Shown one piece after another: positions 12,637-24,400 of a stretch of 64,000 nucleotides of DNA. A program made the translations under genes and the position numbers. Positions within the stretch are counted from its first letter, which is position 1; each line of letters begins with the position of its first letter. The notes below the pieces were generated by a model that was not told the DNA's origin, did not search any database, and was given only the letters and a program-made list of their open reading frames with translations. Source of the stretch: Callorhinchus milii (Eukaryota); the NCBI RefSeq assembly GCF_018977255.1, contig NW_024704742.1:86492001-86556000 (forward strand), read 5' to 3'.

Positions 12637-12660
12637 GTAACTATAGCGTTGCTATGGACG
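12637..12660. promoter_or_regulatory. Tandem RFX X-box-like motifs (GTAACTATAGC / GTTGCTATGG), candidate ciliary promoter
   Basis: The reverse strand reads CCATAGCAAC, a strong RFX half-site. X-boxes near the TSS are typical of vertebrate ciliary genes. GC box at about 12711-12720. Confidence 0.55.
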
Positions 12661-13796
12661 CTGAGGGGCGGCGCACGGAAGGAATCACATAAAAAAATCT
12701 CTCCGCAACACCGCCCCCCCCCTCGGAACTACTTTATGAGAGTGGGAGGAGCCTGGAGTGACTGACCACTGCACTGGTCACTGGCTACACACACACACAC
12801 AGACACACAGTCACTGACTGGCAGCAACTGCACCACCAGCAAATTATATTCATGTTAATAATAATAATCCTTTGCATTTGATAGAGGGCTTTTCACGTCG
12901 GGAGGACGTCCCAAAGCGCTTCACAGAACGCACTGTGAAGTGGCCCTAATCTTATGTTGCCATAGATTAGGGCCACTGAGTCTCCAGAGAGGGCTCTTTA
13001 TTATAATATTAAATAATAATCCTTACAAGCGCCTTTCGCATCAGGAGGACTTCTCAAAAGGCTTTGCCCACCGACCTGCTTCGGACTGGATCGAAGCAAC
13101 TCTGTGCAGTCCGAAGCATTGTCCGCCTCGAACCAAAAAATCCAGCCGTCATTCTCACAGTAAACACAGACGCTTACCTGCGAGCATGTGGCTGGCTGGA
13201 TGTCTGTGCGCACCTGCCAGCCTAGCCAGAACAGTTTGAATTGTTTAAAACGGGTTAAAACCACATAGCTTGTCATTGAGAGCACCATCTGGCAACCTTC
13301 CCTCTTGTTTGCTTATCCAGTTCGGACCACCCTACCAGTTAGGGCTTTGGCTTGCAGGATTAGCAGAGTGGGAAAAATCCATGTTTGCCAAAAATACACA
13401 GTCAAAACAGTACAAAATATACACTACAATAAATCCTGTGAAGTGCTCTGAGACATCCTCCCAATGTGAAAGGCAAGTGAGCAGGTAGTGAGCAAAGAAC
13501 TTCAGGGACAAACCTACATTGTAACTATGGTATTCCAACAACTGCTTGTCCACCAAAATTTTGCTCCAATCAGTTTCATACTCTATTATAATTTGAATCC
13601 CCCCTGATGCAGCCTTAACCATATCTGTATTTTAAACCAATAAATGCTCCTCAGTGTAGCTGTGTAAAAAAAAGCTGACTAAAGTTGGTTAACTCAGGAT
13701 TTACCAAAGAATCTGGAGTGCAAATTACACACTGCATCAGCAAATTCAGACAAAAAGGGAAGTTATTTTTGACTTGGCAAAACGGTTAATTAATAA

Positions 13797-14120
13797 TAGT
13801 CCTGTAGCTCAGTGGTTAGAGCACTCGCCTTGCAGGCGAGAGACCTGGGTTCAATTCCAGGCAGGGCGAAACCTTGGGCAAGTTTCCTTACTCCACACGC
13901 CTAATAATAATCCCTTCAAAAAACCAAAACAATAATAAATTGGTCATTTTTAATCCACAACTGTTTGTGGGACACTGCTGTGCGAAATTGGCTGCCGCGT
14001 TCGCCCACAAATATACAGTCAATTCACTTTACAGTGTGTTCTGTGAAGTGCTTTGGGACGTCCTCCCGACGTGAAAAGCGCTATATCAAATGCAAGGATT
14101 ATTATTATTATTATTAATAA
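13797..14120 (+). mobile_element. Young tRNA-SINE, full length
   Basis: Intact TAGCTCAGTGG A box and GGTTCAATTCC B box, CpG-rich, TTA tail. Confidence 0.92.
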
Positions 14121-14654
14121 TAATAATTAATATGCTGAAACCATTTGAAACAAATGGCACAGTTAATAAAATTCCCTGCCGACAATGGAGTCTGGATATC
14201 TGCTAAAATATTTATTGGAATCCCAACGGTCAGATAAAGTTCACCACTACAGTTCCTTAGCAACAAATTAGGAAAGAGACATCTGTAATGCCATATTGTT
14301 TTACACAAATGAGTATTCCTGTATACACTGTATAAAAATAATCACTTAGCAAAATCTCAGGCCCTCTGTGGTGCCCTTAAGAACGCAATTATAATTTTGG
14401 AAATCTCTTAACATTACTTCACCATTAAAAAAAAATCTTTTTTTAAAGTCAATGGGATTTTAGCATTAGAGTGTGTGGGCAGTAATGCTAACCTCTGTGT
14501 GCTCATAGGAAAGTCCTTTTTGGTTTAACAATACAATACAAATTTACATTTCGCCCACAAAACACAGAGTCGAAAACTACAGTATATCCTGTGAAGCGTT
14601 TTGAGACGTCTCGGTGACATGATAAGGTGCTATATCAAATACAAGGATCGTTAT

Positions 14655-14878
14655 TTTTATTATTATTTATGTAGTGCCTTTCACGTTGGGAAAATATCCA
14701 AAGACACTTAACAATCCTAGCTTGGCACTCATGCTGAGGGTGGGAGCCGAGGAAGGCGGGAAGGGGAAAGAAGTCAAAGTCAAAGAAGTCAGTCTCGAGA
14801 CCTTGAATGAGGTGAGGAAGGGAAGGAGCCATAGGGACTCTGGGATGGAGTTCCAGACACTGGGGTCAGATAGGCTGT
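14655..14878 (-). mobile_element. L2 3' end
   Basis: L2 tail and a GGAGTTCCAGA (LWNS) motif. Confidence 0.65.
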
Positions 14879-15654
14879 AACTGTCAAAAGTATAACACCA
14901 TGCTGTGGTATACGAAGCCCAGCTACAACTATATTAATTAGTCATCATGCAGTATTAAAGTAGAAGGCTGTTCCAGCAAGCACAGTTTTTTAAAATCTCA
15001 TAAGGGTCGTAAGCTTTCTGCAGATATTCCTAGTGGGCCAAAGTAATATACTTAACCCAGCAACACTGAAATAGTGTAAGGTAAGATGAGATATATGACG
15101 ATGACTAAAGTCATGGCTTAAATAAACTATTGGCATTTTGTTTAACCCAGAGCAGGCAAAAATATTTACACAGAGACATTACAATGAGAAAGTAACATTG
15201 CAAAACACCTTTCTTCGGCTGTAAAAATATAAATTTGTAATTATTTTTCAGCAGAAAAGTGTTAGAATGTGTTATAGCTGGTCATATAATAAACATCCTC
15301 GTGTGTGAAGAAACCATAATAATAATCTTTGCGTTTTCATATAATGTCCTAAGAAATTTCATAGGAAAGTATTTCATAGGTAATTGGTTAATTTACTTCA
15401 TTGTTGTTTGTGGAACAATCCTGTGTACAAATTGGCAGCACTATTTGCCTACAAAATACATACAGTAGTCACTGCACTTTACAATAAAGTGCTTTGAGAC
15501 GTTCTTTGAACATGAGGCGCTAATAATCAAATGTAAGGATTATTTATTTATTATTATTTAATTGCTGTAAATGTAGTGACTGTGCTCATGGCTGTCTATG
15601 GGATCTTACTGTAGGGAAGAAAAACAGTCATTTTGTGCATAGAAAGGTCCCATC

Positions 15655-16000
15655 AATAACAACTTGCATTCATTTAGCATCCTTCATGCAAGGCAGGTCT
15701 CAGAGAGTTTGAGCCATGACGAGAATAGCCAATTTACCTGAAGCATTACTGGCCAGGACACCAGGAGAAATTCCCTTATCATTTTGAAGTGTCTCAGGTT
15801 CTTTAATCTTCACCCAAATGGACACATAAGATTTCGACTTAATATCTCATTTGAAGGATGGTACCTCCAATTCCCTTTAGTAATCTCTAGCGAGTACCAG
15901 CGTTAAAGTATCAGAATAGACTGTGAGCTCAAGTCCTGACTTAAGGCTTGAATCCACAACTTTCTGAAGCGAGACTCTTTCCAACTCGGCCAAACTGACA
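15655..16000 (-). mobile_element. Old Deu-type SINE, degraded
   Basis: Reverse-strand match to the head and core of the 57977 copy. Confidence 0.6.
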
Positions 16001-16404
16001 AGTTCTATCACATCATGACTTAACTGGCCAGCTGCACTTAAGGAGATGTTTACCATCTGTCATAGTTGGCTGTGAAACATGCTCTCTAGTCACATGCGCA
16101 TGGTATGTTTGAGTTTTCACATCTTTATGTACTGTAATTGCTGCATGTTAATCCTTTAAAATGCTATTAAGGTTTTGGTTCTATCTTCTGCTGATCTCTA
16201 AGAGCAGCTTTATTTATTATTATTATAACATTTTTCATGTAAAAGAAGCATCTCTAAACACTTTCCAAGAACAAGATTAATAAGTAATGAAATTAATACT
16301 ATGATTGAAGGCATATGGGGAAGCTGATTTACACGAGCCAAATAACAAGATGTGCAGCCTATCAGTTAGAATTTTTGGGTGAATTTCCATGATGAGGGTC
16401 TATT

Positions 16405-16610
16405 TTCGATGAGCACTGAACTGCTCCACATCCCCCACCCCAACCTCCACTATCAGCAGTCGAGTCTTCAGCCTTTCTGCCCAGAACCCTCTGGAACTCC
16501 ATCCCAGAGCTCCTCCGCCTTGTCCCCTCATCTCCTTCAAGAACCGTCTCAATGTCCCGAGACCTTTCTTTTTGACTGTGCCAGTAGTCACCTCCACCCA
16601 TAACCTACCC
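16405..16610 (+). mobile_element. L2 3' fragment
   Basis: TTCAGCCTTTCTGCCC..CTCTGGAACTCCATCCC, as at about 36600. Confidence 0.65.
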
Positions 16611-16619
16611 CACATGTGT

Positions 16620-17278
16620 TCGTGTATGTCTATGGTAGGGTGTTTATGTGTGTGCATGGTACGTTAGTATGTTAGTGTATGTTAGTGTGTGATGTGTTAG
16701 TATGTTGCTGTATGGTAATGTATGTTGGTATATGTTAGTGTGTGTTGGTCTTAGTATGTTACTACATGTTACTGCATGTTGGTGTATGCTATTGTATGTT
16801 GGTGTATGCTACTATATGTTGGTGTATGTTAGTGTATGTTGCTGTATGTTGGTATATGTTGCTGCATGTTAGTGTATGTTGCTGTGTGTTGGTATATTTT
16901 ACTGTACGTTGGTGTATGTTGCTGTATGTTAGTTTATGTTGGCGTATGTTGATGTGTGTTGGTGTATGTTGGTGCGTGTTGCTGTATTTTGCTGTATGCA
17001 CTCGCTTTGCAAGTGAGAGACCTGAGTTCAATTCCAGGCAGAGGGCGAAACCTTGGGCAAGTTTCCTTACTCCACACAGAGCCTAATAATAATCCCTCCA
17101 AAACCAAAAACAATAATAAATTGGTCATTTCCAATCTATGACTGTTTGTGGGACATTGCTGTGCGCAATTGGCTGCCGCGTTCGCCCACAAATATACAGT
17201 CAATTCACTTTACAGTGTGTTCTGTGAAGCGCTTTGGGACGTCCTCCCGACGTGAAAAGCGCTGTATCAAATGCAAGG

Positions 17279-17319
<41 letters not shown>

Positions 17320-18195
17320 GTTGGTGAGCGTTGGTGTATGTTGGTGTTTGTTGCCGTATGTTGATGTGTGTTGGTGTATGTTGGTGTGTGTTGCTGTATG
17401 TTGCTGTGTTGCTGTATGTTGGTGTTTGTTGCCGTATGTTGATGTGTGTTGGTGTATGTTGGTGTATGTTGCTGTATGTTGCTGTGTTGCTGTATGTTGG
17501 TGTATGTTGCTGTATGTTGGTGTATGTTGCTGTGTGTTGCTGTATGTTGCCGTGTGTTGCTGTATGTTGCTGTATGTTGGTGTATGTTGCTGTGTGTTGC
17601 TGTATGTTGCTGTATGTTGGTGTATGTTGCTGTGTGTTGCTGTATGTTGCCGTGTGTTGCTGTATGTTGCTGTATGTTGGTGTATGTTGCTGTGTGTTGC
17701 TGTATGTTGCCGTGTGTTGCTGTATGTTGCTGTGTGTTGCTGTATGTTGCTGTATGTTGCTGTATGTTGCCGTGTGTTGCTGTATGTTACTGTATGTTGC
17801 TGTATGTTGGTGTATGTTGCTGTATGTTGCCGTGTGTTGCCGTGTGTTGCTGTATGTTGCCGTGTGTTGCTGTATGTTGGTGTATGTTGGTGTATGTTGC
17901 CGTGTGTTGCTGTATGTTGCCGTGTGTTGCTGTATGTTGCTGTATGTTGCCGTGTGTTGCTGTATGTTACTGTATGTTGCTGTATGTTGGTGTATGTTGC
18001 TGTATGTTGCCGTGTGTTGCGTGTGTTGCTGTATGTGTACTGTGTGTTGTCGTGTGTTGCTGTATGTTGCCGTGTGTTGCTGTATGTTGCCGTGTGTTGC
18101 TGTATGTTGCCGTGTGTTGCTGTATGTTGCCGTGTGTTGCTGTATGTTGCCGTATGTTGCTGTATGTTGCCGTGTGTTGCTGTATGTTGGTGTAT
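16620..18195. repeat. 10-nt minisatellite (TGTATGTTGC)n, interrupted by a SINE
   Basis: Strict 10-nt period with TGTATGTTGC, CGTGTGTTGC and TGTATGTTGG variants. Confidence 0.97.
16998..17319 (+). mobile_element. Young tRNA-SINE, 5'-truncated, inside the 10-mer satellite
   Basis: Lacks the A box; long (TTA)n tail. Confidence 0.92.
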
Positions 18196-18202
18196 GACGG
18201 TG

Positions 18203-18254
18203 GGGGCGGGGCTGCCGCTGACCCGGAAGTGCTGTGGCAGAGTGTGAAGATGGC
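18203..18254 (+). promoter_or_regulatory. PTAR1 core promoter: GC box (18203-18212), ETS/GABP CCGGAAGTG (18223-18231), YY1-like AAGATGGC over the ATG
   Basis: Exact motif matches directly 5' of the start codon; a typical housekeeping promoter combination. Confidence 0.7.
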
Positions 18255-18335
18255 TGAGTCGGAAGAGGAGGTGGATGTTTTGGTTCAGAGAGTCGTCAAA
18301 GACATCAGCACTGTGTTCAAGAGGAACCCCAACAT
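18250..18335 (+). CDS. PTAR1: PTAR1 exon 1 (MAESEEEVDVLVQRVVKDISTVFKRNPN-I), prenyltransferase alpha subunit repeat protein 1 (GGTase-III alpha subunit)
   Basis: Matches the PTAR1 N-terminus; donor AT|gtgagt; 86 nt. Confidence 0.95.
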
Positions 18336-18352
18336 GTGAGTCACCCCAACAC

Positions 18353-18465
18353 AGGCCCAGCCAGGCCCGGCCCGGCCCGGCCAGGACAGGACAGCCCGGG
18401 ACAGGACAGGCCCGGCCAGGCCAGGACAGGACAGGACAGGACAGGACAGGACAGGCAGACTGGGC
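18353..18465. repeat. GC-rich pentamer repeats (GGCCC/GGCCA/GGACA)n at the start of PTAR1 intron 1
   Basis: Read directly from the sequence. Confidence 0.9.
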
Positions 18466-21400
18466 CAGGGAGGGGGGGAGAGAGACTGGGGGAGAGAGAC
18501 TGGGGGGGGGGAGACTGGGGGGGGGGAGAGAGAGACTGGGGGGGGAGAGACTGAGGGGGGAGAGAGAGACTGAGGGGGGGAGAGAGACAGACTGGGGGGG
18601 GAGAGAGAGACTGAGGGGGGAGAGAGACAGACTGGGGGGGGAGAGAGAGAGACTGGGGGGGGAGAGAGAGACTGGGGGGGGAGAGAGAGACTGAGGGGGG
18701 AGAGAGACAGACTGGGGGGAGAGAGACTGGGGGAGAGAGAGACTGGGGGGGGGGAGAGAGAGACTGGGGGGGGAGAGAGAGAGACTGAGGGGGAGAAGAG
18801 AGACTGGGGGGGGAGAGAGAGACTGGGGGGGAGAGAGACTGGGGGGGAGAGAGAGAGACTGGGGGGGAGAGAGAGAGACTGGGGGGAGAGAGACTGGGGG
18901 GGAGAGAGAGACTGGGGGGGGAGAGAGAGACTGGGGGGGAGAGAGAGAGACTGGGGGAGAGAGACTGGGGGGGAGAGAGAGAGACTGAGGGGGGGAGAGA
19001 GAGACTGAGGGGGGAGAGACTGGGGGAGAGAGACAGATGGGGGGGGAGAGAGAGAGACTGGGGGGAGAGAGACTGGGGGGAGAGAGAGAGACTGGGGGGA
19101 GAGGGAGAGACTGGGGGGGAGAGAGAGACTGAGGGGGAGAGAGAGACTGGGGGGGGGAGAGAGAGACTGAGGGGGGAGAGAGAGAGACTGAGGGGGAGAG
19201 AGCGAGACTGGGGGGGGAGAGAGAGACTGGGGGGGAGAGAGAGACTGGGGGGGAGAGAGAGAGTGTGGGGGAGACTGAGGGGGAGAGAGAGAGAGTGTGG
19301 GGGAGACTGAGGGGGAGAGAGAGAGACTGAGGGGGAGAGAGAGAGACTGAGGGGGAGAGAGAGAGACTGGGGGGAGAGAGAGACTGGGGGGAGAGAGAGA
19401 CTGAGGGGGGAGAGAGAGACTGGGGGGGAGAGAGAGACTGAGGGGAGAGAGAGAGACTGAGGGGAGAGAGCGCGAGACTGGGGGGAGAGAGACTGAGGGG
19501 GAGAGAGACTGGGGGGAGAGAGAGACTGGGGGGGAGAGAGACTGGGGGGGAGAGAGAGACTGAGGGGGGAGAGAGAGAGACTGAGGGGGAGAGAAGAGAC
19601 TGGGGGGAGAGACAGACTGGGGGGAGAGAGAGACTGGGGGAGAGAGACTGGGGGAGAGAGAGAGCTGGGGGGAGAGAGAGACTGAGGGGGGAGAGAGACA
19701 GACTGGGGGGGGGAGAGAGACTGAGGGGGGAGAGAGAGACTGAGGGGGAGAGAGAGAGAGGGGGGGAGAGAGAGACTGGGGAGAGAGAGACTGGGGGAGA
19801 GAGAGAGACTGGGGGGGAGAGAGAGACTGGGGGAGAGAGACTGAGGGGGAGAGAGAGAGACTGAGGGGGAGAGAGACAGACTGGGGGGGGAGAGAGAGAC
19901 TGAGGGGGGGAGAGAGAGACTGAGGGGGAGAGAGAGAGACTGGGGGGGAGAGAGAGACTGGGGAGAGAGAGTGTGAGGGGGGAGAGAGAGACTGGGGAGA
20001 GAGAGACTGAGGGGGAGAGAGACAGACTGGGGGGAGAGAGACAGACTGGGGGGGGAGAGAGAGACTGAGGGGGAGAGAGAGAGACTGAGGGGGGAGAGAG
20101 AGAGAGACTGAGGGGGGAGAGAGAGACTGGGGGAGAGAGACTGGGGGAGAGAAGAGACTGGGGGGAGAGAGAGAGACTGGGGGGAGAGAGAGACTGGGGG
20201 GGAAGAGAGACTGAGGGGGAGAGAGACAGACTGGGGGGGGAGAGAGAGACTGAGGGGGGAGAGAGAGACTGAGGGGAGAGAGAGAGACTGGGGGGAGAGA
20301 GACTGAGGGGGAGAGAGACAGACTGGGGGGGGAGAGAGAGACTGAGGGGGGAGAGAGAGACTGAGGGGGGGAGAGAGAGACTGAGGGGGAGAGAGAGAGA
20401 CTGAGGGGGAGAGAGAGAGACTGGGGGGGGAGAGAGAGACTGGGGGGGAGAGAGAGACTGGGGGGGGAGAGAGAGACTGGGGGGGGAGAGAGACAGACTG
20501 GGGGGGGGAGAGAGACTGAGGGGGAGAGAGACAGACTGGGGGGGGAGGAGACAGACTGGGGGGGAGAGACAGACTGGGGGGAGAGAGAGACTGAGACGGA
20601 GGGAGAGAGAGACTGAGGGGGGAGAGAGAGAGACTGAGAGGGAGAGAGAGAGACTGAGGGGGAGAGAGAGAGACTAAGAGATAGGGAGAGAGAGAGAGAC
20701 TGAGGGACGGAGAGAGAGAGACTGGGGGGGGGAGAGAGAGACTGGGGGGGAGAGAGAGACTGGGGGGGAGAGAGAGACTGAGGGGGGGGACTGGGGGGGA
20801 GAGAGAGACTGGGGGGGGAGAGAGAGACTGAGGGGGGAGAGAGACAGACTGGGGGGGGAGAGAGACAGACTGGGGGGGGGAGAGAAGAGACTGGGGGGAG
20901 AGAGACAGACTGGGGGGAGAGAGAGACTGGGGGGAGAGAGAGACTGAGGGGGGAGAGAGAGACTGGGGGAGAGAGAGACTGGGGAGAGAGACTGGTGGGG
21001 AGAGAGAGACTGGGGAGAGAGACTGGGGGGGGGGAGAGAGACTGGGGGAGAGAGAGACTGGGGGAGAGAGAGACTGGGGGGAGAGAGACTGGGAGGGAGA
21101 GAGAGAGACTGGGAGAGAGAGACTGGGGGGGAGAGGACTGGGGGGAGAGAGACTGAGGGGAGAGAAGAGAGACTGAGGGGGAGAGAGAGAGACTGGGGGG
21201 GGAGAGAGAGACTGGGGGGAGAGACGGGGGGAGAGAGAGAGCTGGGGGAGAGAGACTGAGGGGGAGAGAGAGAGACTGAGGGGGAGAGAGAGAGGACTGA
21301 GGGGGGAGAGAGAGAACTGGGGGAGAGAGACTGAGGGGGAGAGAGAGACTGGGGAGAGAGACTGAGGGGAGAGAGAGAGACTGAGGGGAGAGAGAGACTG

Positions 21401-24400
21401 GGGGGGAGAGAGAGACTGGGGGGGGGAGAGAGAGACTGGGGGGGAGAGAGAGACTGGGGGGAGAGAGAGACTGGGGAGAGAGACTGAGGGGGGGAGAGAG
21501 AGACTGGGGGGGAGAGAGACTGGGGGAGAGAGAGAGAGAGACTGAGGGGGGAGAGAGAGACTGGGGGGGAGAGACTGGGGGGGAGAGACTGGGGGGGAGA
21601 GAGAGGACTGAGGGGGAGAGAGAGAGACTGAGGGAGAGAGAGAGACTGAGGGAGAGAGAGAGACTGAGGGGAGAGACTGGGGGAGAGAGAGACTGGGGGA
21701 GAGAGAGACTGAGGGGGAGAGAGAGAGACTGAGGGGGAGAGAGAGAGACTGGGGGGGGAGAGAGAGACTGGGGGGAGAGACTGAGGGAGAGAGAAGAGAC
21801 TGAGGGGGAGAGAGAGGACTGAGGGGAGAGATGGGGGGGAGAGAGAGAGACTGAGGGGGAGAGTGAGAGACTGGAGGGGGGAGAGAGAGAGACTGAGGGG
21901 GAAGGAGAGAGACTGAGGGGGAGAGAGAGAGACTGGGGGGAGAGAGAGACTGGGGGGGGGACTGGGGGGAGAGAGAGATGGGTGGGGAGAGAGACTGGGA
22001 GAGAGAGAGAGACTGAGGGGGGGAGAGAGAGACTGAGGGGGGAGAGAGAGACTGAGGGGGGAGAAGAAGAGACTGGGGGGGAGAGAGAGAGACTGAGGGG
22101 GGAGAGAGAGATGAGGGGAGGAGAGAGAGACTGGGGGGGGGAGAAGAGAGACTGAGGGGGGAGAGAGAGAGACTGGGGGGAGAGGAGACTGGGGGGGGGA
22201 CTGGGGGAGAGAGAGATGGGGGTGGGGAAGATGGGGGTGGGGAGAGAGACTGGGAGAGAGACTGGGAGAGAGAGACTGAGGGAGAGAGAGAGAGAGACTG
22301 GAGGGGGGAGAGAGAGACTGGGGGGGAGAGACTGGGGGGGAGAGACTGGGGGGGAGAGACTGGGGGAGAGAGAGAGACTGGAGCGAGAGAGGACTGGGGG
22401 GGAGAGACTGGGGAGAGAGACTGGGGGAGAGAGAGAGACTGAGGGGGAGAGAGAGAGATTGAGGGGGGGGGAGAAGAGAGACTGAGGGGGAGAGACTGAG
22501 GGGGGGGGAGAGAGAGACTGGGGGGAGAGACTGGGGGGGAGAGAGAGACTGGGGGGGGAGAGACTAGGGGGAGAGACTGGGGGGGAGAGAGAGAGACTGA
22601 GGGGGGAGAGAGAGAGACTGAGGGGGGAGAGAGAGACTGAGGGGGGAGAGACTGAGGGGGGGGAGGAGAGACTGGGGGGGAGAGACTGGGGGGAGAGGAC
22701 TGGGGGAGAGAGAGAGACTGGAGCGAGAGAGACTGGGGGAGAGAGACTGGGGGGGAGAGACTGGGGGGAGAGAGAGAGACTGAGGGGGGAGAGACTGAGG
22801 GGGGAGAGAGACTGAGGGGGGAGAGACTGGGGGGGGAGAGAGAGACTGGGGGGGAGAGACTGAGGGGGGGGAGAGAGAGACTGGGGGGGAGAGACGGGGG
22901 GAGAGACTGGGGGGAGAGAGAGACTGGAGCGAGAGAGACTGGGGGAGAGAGACTGGGGGGAGAGACTGGGGGGGAGAGAGAGAGACTGAGGGGGGAGAGA
23001 CTGAGGGGGGAGAGAGAGAGACTGAGGGGGGAGAGAGACAGACTTGGGGGGGGAGGAGAGAGACTGAGGGGGGGAGAGAGAGACTGAGGGGGGAGAGAGA
23101 GAGACTGGGGGGGAGAGAAGACTGGGGGAGAGAGACTGGGGGAGAGAGAGACTGGGGGGAGAGAGAGACTGAGGGGGAGAGAGACAGACTGGGGGGAGAG
23201 AGACAGACTGGGGGGGGGAGAGAGAGACTGAGGGGGAGAGAGAGAGACTGAGGGGGGAGAGAGAGAGACTGAGGGGAGGAGAGAAGACTGGGGGGAGAGA
23301 GACTGGGGGAGAGAGAGAGAGACGGAGAGAGAGAGACTGGGGGAGAGAGAGACTGGGGGGAGAAGAGAGACTGAGGGGGAGAGACGACTGGGGGGGAGAG
23401 AGACTGAGGGGGGGAGAGAGAGACTGAGGGGGAGAGAGAGAGACTGGGGGAGAGAGAGAGACTGAGGGGGGAGAGAGACAGGACTGGGGGGGAGAGAGAG
23501 ACTGAGGGGAGAGAGGACTGAGGGGGAGAGAGAGACTGAGGGGGAGAGGAGAGAGACTGAGGGGAGAGAGAGAGACTGGGGGGGAGAGAGAGACTGGGGG
23601 GGGAGAGAGGAGACTGGGGGGAGAGAGACGACTGCGGGGGGGAGAGAGACAGACTGGGGGGGGGAGAGAGGAATGAGGGGGGAGAGACAGACTGGGGGGG
23701 GAGAGAGACAGACTGGGGGGGGAGAACAGACTGGGGGGAGCAGAGAGACTGAGGGGGGGAGGAGAGACTGAGGGGGGGAGAGGAGAGACTGAGGGGGGAG
23801 AGAGAGAGACTGAGGGGGAGAGAGAGAGACTGGAGGGGGAGAGAGAGAGACTGAGGGGGGAGAGATGAGAGACTGGGGGGGGGAGAGAGAGACTGGGGGG
23901 GAGAGGAGACTGGGGGGGGAGAGAGATAGGGGGGGGGACTGGGGGGGGAGAGAGAGACTGGGGGGGAGAGAGAGACTGAGGGGGAGAGAGACAGACTGGG
24001 GGGGGAGAGAGACAGACTGGGGGGAGAGAGAGACTGAGGGGGGAGAGAGACGACTGGGGGGGGGGAGAGAGAGACTGGGGGGGAGAGAGAGACTGAGGGG
24101 GAGAGAGAGACTGGGGAGAAGAGAGACTGGGGAGAGAGGACTGGTGGGAGAGAGCAGAGACTGGGGGAGAGAGACTGGGGGGGGGGAGAGAGACTGGGGG
24201 GAGAGAGGAGACTGGGGAGAGAGAGACTGGGGGAGAGAGACTGGGGGAGAGAGAGAGACTGGGAGAGAGAGACTGGGGGGAGAGACTGGGGGGAGAGGAG
24301 ACTGAGGGGGAGAGAGAGACTGAGGTGAGGGGGAGAGAAGAGACGGGGGGGGAGAGAGAGACTGCGGGGAGAGACTGGGCGGGAGAGAGAGAGACTGAGG

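Noticed and set aside
13797..13870. tRNA-Ala(TGC)-like gene (also at 2645 and 5659)
   Set aside because: The acceptor stem does not pair, and the sequence continues into a SINE body and tail; these are SINE heads.
17234..18247. Cys/Val-rich ORFs (metallothionein- or keratin-like appearance)
   Set aside because: Translations of the 10-mer satellite; only the part from 18250 is real (PTAR1 exon 1).
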